Assembly (NCBI GenBank): GCA_043826435.1
Contig: JBDRQF010000045.1
Location: 1-45,172 of the forward strand
Direction of reading: 5' to 3'
DNA: 45,172 nucleotides
Source: Elusimicrobiota bacterium
Lineage (GTDB): Bacteria; Elusimicrobiota; Endomicrobiia; CG1-02-37-114; JAHJSO01
The position numbers were made by a program, and so were the translations under genes. How positions within the stretch are numbered: position 1 is the first letter of the stretch; every line of letters begins with the position of its first letter. Below are positions 1 to 12,200 of this stretch, piece after piece. The notes beneath the pieces are model-generated. The model was not told the origin of the DNA. It worked only from the letters and a program-made list of their open reading frames with translations, and did not search any database.

Positions 1-270
1 CGGGCTATATCCCTGTTTCTCTGCGACTACGCAGTATATATACACCCCGCTGGCGACGTTTGATACATCCCACGGATATTCATAGAAGCATCTATTGTCC
101 CTGATTCTGTATGAACTGCCGGAAATTTCTGCTGAATGCACTAACTCTGCTGCAATGTTAAATATTTTTATCTCAACTCTGTCTGCAACCCCTACTTCTA
201 TGTGGAGCGTCGGTTTCATCCCACCTTTCGCAGGATTAGGATATGCGAACACTTCACCTAATTTGAACTC
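1..270 (-). other. T9SS type-A-like / FlgD-like C-terminal sorting domain of the giant protein
   Basis: YPNP motif followed by IKIFNIAAELV and WDVSNVASGVYIY, the typical Por secretion CTD-like pattern. Confidence 0.75.
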
Positions 271-3200
271 CGTCGGGTTGCTGGTTTGGAGTGATGCGGA
301 TGCTATTCCATCCTGTTTGTCATCACCAGGTTTTTTTGGCAGTGTATATTTTAGCATTTTATCGTTGTTTGAGTCAACTACATATAAGTTGCCTTCTGTG
401 TCAATGGTTACTCCTGATGGCTTGTTGAATTTTTGTTGGCTGGTCTTTGTTGTACCATCATAAGTTGCTACGAGGTTGAAGTATTTGTCAAACTTGCAGA
501 CAATGTCGTTGTTTGTATCTGACACATATATATATCCCTGCTGGTTTACAACTATTCCGTCGGGTTTGTTGAGACCTGATGCTGAACTTATCTGCGTTAT
601 GAACACCCCTGATGAGTTGTATATTAGCACCCTGTTATTGTTGCGGTCCGTGACATAAATACGCTCCTGCAAATCAACTGCAATGACGCCCTGGGGTTTG
701 TTAAGCCCATCATCTTCTACTCCTGTGTTTAGTGTCATCAGCAGTGTGCCGTTAGGGCTGAACTTCTGAATACGGTCGTTGTTTCTGTCTGCGACATATA
801 AATTGTCCTGTGTGTCTGTTGCTAATCCATGCGGCTTGTTGAATCCGGAAAGCGTGAACAGGTGGCTGTCGTCGGATGAAAATTTTATAACCCTGTCGTT
901 GTTGCCGTCTGCTACGTACAGATTGCCCGTTGTATCCAGTGCAAGTCCTGTGGGTTTGTTGAATGTGTCGGTTCTGTTTGCACCTGCGCCTCTGCCGGGA
1001 ATGGGTTGTGACTGCTGCTTTATTCCTGAAAGTGTGACGAGCAGGTTGCCCTGTGCATCGTATTTTTTAACATTATCATTGTTTGTATCCGAGATATACA
1101 TATTTCTTGTTGAGTCAAGCACAATATAGGATGGTTTGTTGAAGCCGCTAATTTCAAGTGCGAGTTCTGGTCTGCCTATATAGACATCGACCGTATCGGT
1201 TGTCTGGTTCTGGACACAGTCCTGTGCTGTGAGTTTAATCGTCCACCATCCCTCAGGAAGTCCTGTTGTGTCCCAGTATGCAAGAACATCCTCAGATATT
1301 TCTTTGTACGTCTTCGTGCATATCTCATTCCAAGTGTCTGTGTTTATTTCTGCCCAATATAACTGATACCACTTGAAGTGCAAATCTTCTACCGTCCCTA
1401 CTATTGCCGTTTTACCTGATATTATCCTGCACAGCCCTTTGTTGTCTTCTGACGGAAGAATTATTTCTGCTACCGGCGGTGTGTTATCCAGTGTGTATAT
1501 TGTTGACTTTGTCTGCTCTGTGTTTAACACGTTGTCTCTTGAGTAATATTGCACAGTGTAATCGCCGTCAGGTCCGGTTATGGCAAACGGCTGATTGTAG
1601 GTTGTCCAACTCTGATGGGTTATTGCGTAATACGTGTCTTTCACGCCTGATGAGACATCTTTGACTATCGGGTCATTTGCCAAAATAGATATTTGTGTGT
1701 TTGAAGTTATAACTGTGAACTGGTGTGCATCCGATACCGGCTCGCCATGCTGTATGCATTTCGGCTCTCCTGCTGAAGTCGTCGTTTCAGGTGATGTGTT
1801 ATCAACATGAACAACGAATGTCTTCATATCCTCTGCGTTTTGCACATTGTCTATTGAATAGTACTCTATTGTGCGGATACCTTCAGTGATCATTATTGGT
1901 GTGCCGTCCCATACGTGCCACGTGCCTGCGTCAACACGGTATTGTGTCCGTTTTATACCGCTTGCAACATCGCAAGATAGCGGGTCTTCGGCAGTCAAAA
2001 CATACTGCGTATCAATGTCTGCATATAATTTCCCGTCTGATGACGTCCACTGCACACCGCCTGTCATCGTCAGCGTCGTCACTGGCGCCGTGCCGTCAAC
2101 CCAGATATGTTTTGTGTGGACTGCCTCTTTATTAAGCACATTGTCTGTTGAGTAATGATCCAGTTTCCTTCTGCCTTCTGAAAAAGAAAATGTGGGATAT
2201 GGGCCTGTGCCCAAAAGGTCAATCCACGGGGTTGCATCATCAAATGCATCTACGCGGTAACTGGCGCTATATATACCTGATGCCACATTATCTTTGCCTT
2301 CGGGGTCGTTCGTCTCAAACCCGTATATTGCACGCTGGGACGCATAACTTATTTCCGGATAGGTCGGGTGCGGGTAGTAGTTCTCAGAGCAGATAAGCAC
2401 AGTTTTGGGTGATGTTCCGTCGTAGGCAAGTGTTTTAACCAGTAACTGGCTTGTGTTTGTTACATTATCCTGTGCAGAAACACCTATTGTGTGGAAACCC
2501 TCTGTTATAAAGTTCAGTTCAGCCGGCTGGAAGTTATATTTCACAGGGGCGTTGCCGTCTGTCTGCACTGACATTTCCTTGAAGCCCGAGGCATCTGATA
2601 TATCGCCGAACAGTGCCGGACGGGTGATTCTTAAGCCGGCAAACCGGACTACTGCCGTTTCACTGCCAAAGCCGAGCCCCTGCGTGGTGAACGGATAGGT
2701 ATCTGATATTTCCAGCAGTTCTTTGCCGAATATTTTTATTTTGATTTTATCGTTTGAATTATGCAATTCCACATCATACCATCTGTTGATTGAAACAGGA
2801 TATGGCGTTTCTACAAAGAGCGTTTGCACCACATTCCCTGTGGTTGACTCGGTCTTTATTATCTGCACCGATTTATCTTGTGCGGATAATTTTATAGCGT
2901 AATGGTTGTTTTTATCCTGGTATCTGAAGTATATCAGCCCGGCAACTGCAGGGACGTTGTTTGCATAGTTATAGTATGTCGCACAATAAGACGATATGTG
3001 GACTTTTGCCTGCAGAGTGTATGGAGGATTATCATACCGTTTTTCCCACGGAAGGGCTTTCAAGATACTCTTTGTCCAGCCGGATGAGAATTTATCCTGC
3101 TGGGTGTATACACCTTTCTGCATGTCAATAGTCCAACTGCCTGAAATAACTTCAAAGTCATCCAATAATTTGTCATTGCGAGGCGAAGCCGAGGCAATCC

Positions 3201-6200
3201 CAGTCCAGAAGTCATAGTAAACAAAATCCTGGTCAGGGTCATTTGCGGCAACGTTTATCTTTGTTGATAGACCTGCATATACGGTAGTGTTATTCTGATA
3301 CAGGAAGTCCGTCGGATGAAAATTGACAGCAGGCGGTGTGTTGTCCAGTATCACCTTCTGCTCTTTTGCTTCCTCTATGTTGCCCAGAATGTCTTGTGCA
3401 AAATAGTATATTAAGTGTTTGCCATCAGACAGTGGTATGTCCTGCGAAATTTCTGTGAGTGTAAAAGTAGAACTAAAAACACTACCCTGAGCGGGTGCGG
3501 GGTTGTCATTATGTATGTGCTTGTCCGAATTTATCCAGTAGTCCACATATTTCACGCCTAACCCGGCACCATCGCCAACTTCAACAAGGTCATCCAGGGA
3601 CTTCAATGTCAACGGCGTATCAGACCGGATATATGGTCTTTGCCCCCACCACACTGGCTCGCCTATTCCAAGCACCGTCTGTGGCGGCAAAATATCCCAT
3701 ATCACTTCAAATCGGGCTGTCTGTGACGAGACAAAATGTCCTGCCCAGTCGGTTGCTTCTACCTTCAGCACATAAAATCCATAATAAGGTAAGTCCAGCG
3801 GCTCTATTGATGTAGAATAACTCACAGCATAAGAGGCGACTTCATTTCCCGTGTCAACGTCTAACAGAACTTTTGTTCCTTCTAATTCCGGCTTATCAGG
3901 ACATTTCACCAGAATAAGATACCCCGTCGTACCAAACGGTCCGATGTCGGTCGCTTTGTAGTCAATGTCCGGCATGTCCTGTGTGGCTATAAATGTCTCG
4001 CCGCCAACCGGCGAAGAAATTTTTATTTCAGGCGGGTCGTTATCCGCCACAACAACCGTTGATTTGATTATTTCCGTGTTTCCGACGACATCCGTGCTGT
4101 AATAATATATCGTGTGCTCACCTTTGGCTGAAATTGTGAATGTGCCTTTCTGGACGATAAATGTATCTGTGCTGTCAATTGCCATAAAAGTTTCTTTGAC
4201 GCCAAGCCCGGCACAGTCCCCGGGAGTCGTTAAATCATCAACCGCCGGGAAAAACAGCGGGGTATGCGAAGTAATGTACACCTGTGACGGCATTTCGTAT
4301 TTAGGGGATGAAATGTAAATTTCTGTCCTTGGCGGTTGCGTGTCATGGATTATTTCAAATGGACCAATGGTTTCAGATGATGTATTCCCTACCCAATCAG
4401 TGGCTACAACACTTATTGACCAGCTTCCAGGAGTAACATCAAATGGGTTAAGATTTTGCCCATTATGTACATCAATAGAGAGTTCCTTTTCTATATTGAA
4501 AATATAAGATTTTACTGTTGGGTTTAAATCTAAACTATCATGAACACTAAATTTAACAGGAATAAAACTTCGTCCTGCCACGTACCTCATGTTAGCATTC
4601 GGCGAATATACACTAATTGATGGTGGATGGTTGTCAACAATTACATCTACTTGGTCGCAACTAAAATTGTCAACGTTGTCTACTACAGAGACTGAAATAT
4701 TTCTTTTGCCATCAGTAACCAATCGCGTATCTATATTTTCTATATAAGGAACAAAAGTTGTACCTGTTTGTAAATTTCCATCAAGATAAAAATCAACTCT
4801 TTTTGTCACACCCATTGCGCCCTCTGATCTTTTTACTTCTGCGAAGTATTTAATTACATTGTCAATTAGTTGTCGGTTACTGTAATTTTCAGAAGAAGTA
4901 AATTCAGGTTGTAAGTGAAACCAATAACCCTTGCCTGGCTCATGTAAATATACAGCTACTGGATAAGTGGGTTCTCCTATTCCATAATAAGGGAACTGAT
5001 AATAGTAATGCTCAGTCAGTGTTCTGGCTAATACAATCGCAGATGGATGGACTTCAGTCGGAACATTTGCAAAGTCCGAACTACCAAATAAATTGTTACT
5101 GCATTTTTCAATCAAGAAATGTTGCAGATCCTGCACAACTTTGCCCTTGAGAGAAAAACTAACTCGCTTATAATAATATCCATATGGATATCCTCCCATA
5201 TAGACCCAATACCAATTTTGTTTATATCTTGTAATAGGCCTAATGTCATTAACTGTATCATTCCCCTGTGTTATAATACAGTATCCAGCATCATATAATT
5301 CATTGAAAAGGTCTGCTTTTGTAATTCCTTCAGTGTCACGCTCACCCATAACTATGTTATAATCCAAACATTCAGTGACTGAATATATTTCATTATCAAA
5401 AATAAGTTTATATCCTTTGCTAGCCAGATAATCTGACATAGGAACATAATTACCGTAATCCAAGTTCAGAATTTTCGGGTTAACATGTTCTTTGACTTCA
5501 GTAGTTACAGTAACTGTTCCACCAATAACCGCTCCAGCAGATGGACTGCTTATCTTAATAAATGGGGGCTCTGTGTAACTCAAACGGGCATATATTTTAT
5601 TGTCTACCACCCAAGTTTGAACATTTGGATTATCGTCGGTAACATACCATTTTGTATCTAATCTTGGTGCAACCAAAGTAGAAGTAGCAATAAACAATTC
5701 ACCATCAGATGCTGTGATAGTTGCAGAACCAGTTTCTTCCCCTTCCCAATGCTCGCCTGTTTTAATGTGATAAGTAGCTGAGTAACCACCTGGTCTCTTA
5801 GACCAACCATACCAACCATAATACCATCCATAAGATGTATAAGTTTTAATAACTAATCTATTATTATGGTAATCTATATATGTTCCATTATCTTTTCCAC
5901 CATTTGTACTTACAACATCAGTTACATACCAATCTACTACTTTATAACCCCCCGGGGGATAAAGATGCTCTGTAAAATACTGGTCAATCCCACTATGAGA
6001 GACAGACATACTATATTCAGGGCCTTCACTTGTCCCTTTAGCTGTAATTTTATAGTTGAATTCTATTCCTTCTTTCTTTACAGTAGAATATTCAAGAATA
6101 GAGGGATTATCAAACATGTCATATGCCCTTACACCTATTTTATGAATACTTCCAGCAGCATATTCTGTTGTGTCCCAATCATATGTATACGGCGGTTCGT

Positions 6201-9200
6201 AATCAATGAAATTAGGAACACTGTTATCAACAGCATCAATATAAAATTCTACACGAGATATCCTATAATTATCTGCGGCACTTGCTATTACTTTGACTGT
6301 ATCTCTGACTTTTGATTCATGCGGTGGGTTGACAATTCTTACTGTCGGGGGCACCGTATCAATTATTTTTATTTCCACTATTCCGATACATATTGAAAAA
6401 TTTCCCGCTCTATCAATCACAGTTATCTTGAATTTATAGATACCATTTGGCGCTACAACGTTATTATCATCAAATCCATTCCATGAAACGCTCGTTTTTC
6501 CCGCTGATCTGTATTTACCTTGCTCGTCACAAATAGTCCTTATTGTTGTTCCTTTAGAATCAAATATTTCCATCTTTATGTTTGATTCCTCTAAAAGTAA
6601 AAATTCTATCGCTGTAAAATCGTCTATTCCATCGCCATCGGGTGTGAATATCTCCGGTGTGGCAGTCACTTCTTTTATTTCAGGCGGGGTGGTGTCAAGA
6701 ACTATTTCAAGCACATCACAAAATTCGCTCATGTGTTCTCTGTCATTGAACCATCTTACCGTCCTTGCCATTATGGGGTTTTTGCCCTCCACAAGCAATG
6801 TCTTGAAAATAAACTCACCTTTATCACTGCATTTTGTTCTGCCAAGACATGAGCCGTCATTCCAGATTTCTACTTCTGCTTGTGGCTCGGCTATGCCTGA
6901 TATTGTCATTGCCGGGTTGTTCGTCAGCAATTTTACTACATCCAGCACAGGCACGGGAATCCCCGGTATTGCCAAATAATACGAAAATGATGTTATCGGG
7001 AAGGTTATTTTGCTAATTTGCCTGCCCTGGACAATGTCTGTTGACTTATCAATTACGCGGATATCCAGTGGCTCAAGTTCCCCATCGTCTTTTACCCAGT
7101 AAACAGTTATTTTACCGAGAATGTCATCTGTTGGCACTTCCTCCTGCAAAAATCTTGCTGTTAAAAACGAGGTTGTTTTCAATTTTAATCCTTTGGGTTG
7201 TAAATCGTATATTGCACCTATGGGCAGTGGCATACCAGTTGAAATTTTTATGGCTGTATCAGAGAGTTTTCGTGGTGTTATTGTTACTATTGTGCTTACC
7301 TCAACATCTTCAGGGTAAACTGCGTCAGGGAATAAATCCAGATATGCCTTGTTGTATGGTGCACATACATAGGTGTGATAGGTTGCTCCTGTTTTAAGTT
7401 CCTTGCCGATTATTAGTTTGCTTACATTTTCCTTAAATCCAGTATCGTCTAAAATTAGCAGTTTAAGATTAAACTTACCATTTAATCCAGTTACATCCCA
7501 CCAGACAAGTGTATTATCTATTACTGACTCTGTGCTTGTTTTTATTGTCCGCCAGACAGTATCTCCTGACTTTTGATAAAAAAGCGTCCAGCCCGCCAGC
7601 CCCGTTCCACTGACACTGCCTTTTATCTCTACATAACTTTTTGCTGCTACATCGCCTGTGGCTAATAACACCGTGAAGTTGTCGTTTATATCTTTGGGAT
7701 TTGTATCATATTCATTTGTGTCGTTGTTGGAGGTTTCACTGAGCCGTGGATGGACAACAAGTGAATCATTTTGTGAACCATCAGGATAAAATAATCTTAA
7801 CATCCAATCTTTGGCAAATATTCCTACATAGAGGTTATCAACCGAGTGCCCATTTTGTTTCCAGAAAACAGATTCGTTATCCGTTTGGTTTGACACGCTT
7901 GGCAAATATGCAGAAGAAATTAGTGTTGGGAAAGTAGATTCTACTATAAAATAATTAGAGTTATCAGTATTGTTAAACTCACTAGTGGCTCTAATTTTAC
8001 CATCTTCAAGATATTTGTCCCTTGCACTTGTCCAAGTCATATCTTTTATATTTGTTGTTGCCTGAAATTGCCAGTCCGTTGCCCCTCCAGAGGATGCAAT
8101 AGATTTGCCAACATCAGGATTTGTTTCTGATATTATTGACCAATAAGGAGTTCCCACTGGCGTAAAATTAAATGTTTTATTGGGTAAATTTGTTGAAAAT
8201 AGTTTTCCACGATAACAGTAACTGCTTATTTCAATTACTGGTTCCCAGTTTGCAGTACATCTCACTTCATCAATGACAGGTGTGTTTATACCATCGGCAG
8301 TAGTTAAAACTGCTTTCCATCTTAAATATTGTTTTGGTGGAGATGAGATTGGCCCTCCAGGCACTACTGTGTCCCATGCGTCTTTGCCTGTCTGTCCATA
8401 CCAGTTTATTTCGTCATCACTGCTTTGTGTTGCATAAGCGATGTTCGTCCCCGTGGGTTTAGATTCAATAACTTCAAATGGACCCCATGAGGTAGGCGTA
8501 ATACCAAAATTACATGATGAGGAAATAAAAGTCCCTTTTTTAGCAAAGTTTTGTGTGATACTGTAGATTACAGGTGTTTTCTGAGCAATATTATCTGTAA
8601 CTAAAGAGGCTTTACATTTAAAATATCGTTTTCTAGAGATTGTCGGAGTTGAACCAGAAGTAATTGTTTGTTTCTGTGATGAGGGTATAGCATCCCACGA
8701 GGTTCCCGGATTATCATAACTACCAATTTCATAAGTTATTGATGTTCCTGCTGGAATACTGTGACCTGCATCAAAAGTTGACCATAGGTAGGTATTTCCC
8801 TTACAATTAGTATCATGTTGTTGTGAAATAAAAACCCCAGGAGAAAGATAATGTGAACCAAATTCGTTTTCTATAAAATAAATATCTTTAATTTTGGTTA
8901 ATCCACCATGCCTGTAACCCGAACCATAACAAGCTATTTTTATATTCTGGCGACCTCTACGATCTGCGCTAATTGTACTACTTCCTAAATATGTATCTCC
9001 TCTATATAATTTGACGTTCCCATTTATTAGATTTACTGTTAATCTATATGTCTTCCATAATGTTGGACATTTTTCAACATCTTTGAGATAGTCGCCGAAA
9101 CATATTAATTTTAGAGTCCCGCCATCGTCATCTTTCCATCTTTCAAATCCCACACCTGTTAAATAATACCACATATTGTTATAAACTGTCATAATTAGAA

Positions 9201-12200
9201 TTCTACCCCAGTAAGTGCTCCACCCAGATTTACCACTTCCATATTCCTCAGTTTGTGCTTTGAATTCAACACAGAATTCAGAGACATTATGAAATTCAGA
9301 TATATCATTGCTAGATCCTTCATTCCACCATCCCCAAACATCATATTCGTTGTTGTTTCTGTAACTCCAATCAGCAAAAGTTAATTTTAATTCATTGTTG
9401 ATCGTAGAGATATTACTTCTTACAGTTCCAGAATTGAGGTTAAATGCAATATTTGTTGGTAATGCTATTTTACCAATAAATGCTCCTCTTGTGGCAATAT
9501 TTGTCAGTGTTCCATCTTCAAAATCACCTTGTGAAGTTTGTTCCCAAGTTTTATATGCTTTTGCTTTTACTGTAGCAGTAAAATTCTGTAGTGGATAATA
9601 TTCTCCTATTGCTGTTGCCTGCCAGTTGAAATTAGATAATCCCTGGGTGATTGAACCGTCAGCAGGTGAGGTTATCTGCGCTACTCCTGTGCCTTCTGTG
9701 CCATCAACGCATACCGTAAATGACGCCTCATCTTTTGTCTGCGGCAAGTCGGTTGATTCGGTTTTGAGCGTGAATAGATACAATCCCCGCTGGCTACTTG
9801 ACCAGTCAATAGAACCGGTTGCACCGACAGAGGTTAATAGTGTCGCCTTTTCACCATTGCTAATATCTGTTACGGTTATTGTAGATGAGCCGACTTTTGA
9901 TAGTTGATACCCAATAGTCGTCAGTTCGTTTATTGCAATAAATGCTTTCCCTGACTCAAATTTTGTTATCTTTACTGGCACTCCAACTGTCTTGTGGACG
10001 CTTATCCTTACTTCTGCTGTGTCCATACCAAGCCCATCACTGTCTTTTGCCGTCAGACGAATTATATAATCGCCACTCTCAACATACCATCTTCTGAAGT
10101 CCTTACCATCCCAGTAGTATGTCCTTCCCTGGGGTTCCTGTGAATAGGGAACGGTCCACTCTTCATATCTGACAATACCTGTATAATTGCCATTTACTAC
10201 TCTGAATATCTCTAAACTAACACCTGTCCCCTCACCACCTGATGTTAAGTTGTATTCTATTTTCAAAGTCGCTGTTTCTGTGTTAAGGGTAAATGTATCG
10301 TTTTCTACCGGCGATGTTACACTTACCGCGGGCGTACTCTCTGATGCAACGGTTACACCTATAGTGACTTTCCTTGGGGCACAACTCATGTTGCCGGATT
10401 TATCCTCTGTAACTAACAGAAGTGTGCACACCGTCTCTGCTGGCAAATCGCCTGTATTCCAGTGTCCTAAAACATCCTGGGTCACTGCTCTGTACGATAC
10501 GTTTGAATTGGGGAAGTTTGGGTCAGATGGCGATTGATTCACAGCAGGCACTACAACAGGATACCAGATGCCCGGAGATGGGACTTTCGGGTCGGTTATG
10601 GTTGTCACTTCACTCGTTGAATACCACAACTTATACCACTTGAAGTCCCTCGGATTGTCCGTGCCGGGGTCAAGTGCATCGCCTCTGATAAGAACTGTGC
10701 CGCTGACCACAGCATAGTCATCCGACGGAAAACTTATTCTCGCAGGAATGTAATTCTTTATTACACCTACGCTTCTGGAACTTTCATTACCAACATCGTC
10801 CGTGGTCTTAACCTGCAGGATATAACTGCCGTCACTGACATAGTTGCCTGCACTGTCTTTACCATCCCACACAAAAGAATAAAGTTGTTCGGGATACTGT
10901 TCCCCTGTTAAATTGTATGTGTTGAGCGTTTTACCTGCACCGTCCAATACCGAGATGCTTACTTTTGCCGTGTCTGTTACTTCATAGAATAAACTCACGG
11001 GCTCTGCATCATAGAATATCACTCTGTCAGTATAAACTGTTTTTACATACGAGGGAGTCCTGTCAACTTTGAATTGGCCTAACTCTATTACTCCTGTCTT
11101 ATTCCCAACCCAGTCAGTTGCTGTAAGCGTAACCTCATAAGTTCCATCGGGAATATACCTGTCAAGGTCATCTTTACCGTCCCAATCAATAACAACTGAC
11201 TCGTATAACCCCGTCTGGTTATTACGATAATATTCAATCTGCCTTTTGATGGTTGTTATTGAATCAAGTGATTTATATGTCAGTTCAGTGTCTACCCGGG
11301 GTGATAGGTTGTCAGTTAGGTCATATTTTACTTGAATTGTAGTGTCGTTTATCGTAAACACCTCTGGTTTCGGATGCTGCCCGGGAATGATTTTTATTTC
11401 CAGGTTGGTTATTTGCGGTGGCGTTGTATCAACCGTAACTGTTCCTGTTGATTCTGCCCAATTGAACACACTATCTCTTGTCCTTAACCTATATAAAAAC
11501 ACTCCATCTGTAACAATTTGTTCATTGTTGTACTCTATACTTCCTTTACCTTTCCAGAAAACAGAGTCAGTTATAGAAGCACTTTTTTCTGGTTTATCAT
11601 ACGCTACGTTTACTAATTTGTTGTCTCTATCCCATATATTTAACTTCGTCTCTTGTAGTGCGGTTAAAACTTCATTTATAGAAAAATAAAATGTCACTGA
11701 CTGGCATAAGAAAGGTGAAAATGTATCAGTAGTTTTTGACATCAATATTTCAGGCGGTGTATTATCAACACACACATACCCAGTTCTTTCAAATGACTTA
11801 TTTCCAGATAAATCTTCAGCACCGATTGTATAAAAATATATCCCATCAGGAACGGTGTTGTTCTGGTTATCTTTACCATCCCAAAAAATTATATTTTGAC
11901 CAGTCGGGAAAAATTCTGTAATTTCACGAATTATTGATTCCTGACTGTCATAAATTTTAAACTTAATTGTAGATGGTTCTGAAAGTGTGAAATATACATT
12001 TGTTGTCCCCATAACTACTGAAAAAGCCTCAGGATGAACATACACATTACTAATCTCAGGAGAAACAGTATCGGTAAAACTTACATTGCCTTTTCTTGGC
12101 ATAGGTGGAGTTGGACCATAAGCAATTGTATATCCACTTACTTGCCATGTGATTTTTTCCTTAACTTCTATCGCTGGCTTAAATGATTGGTCAAATGCTG

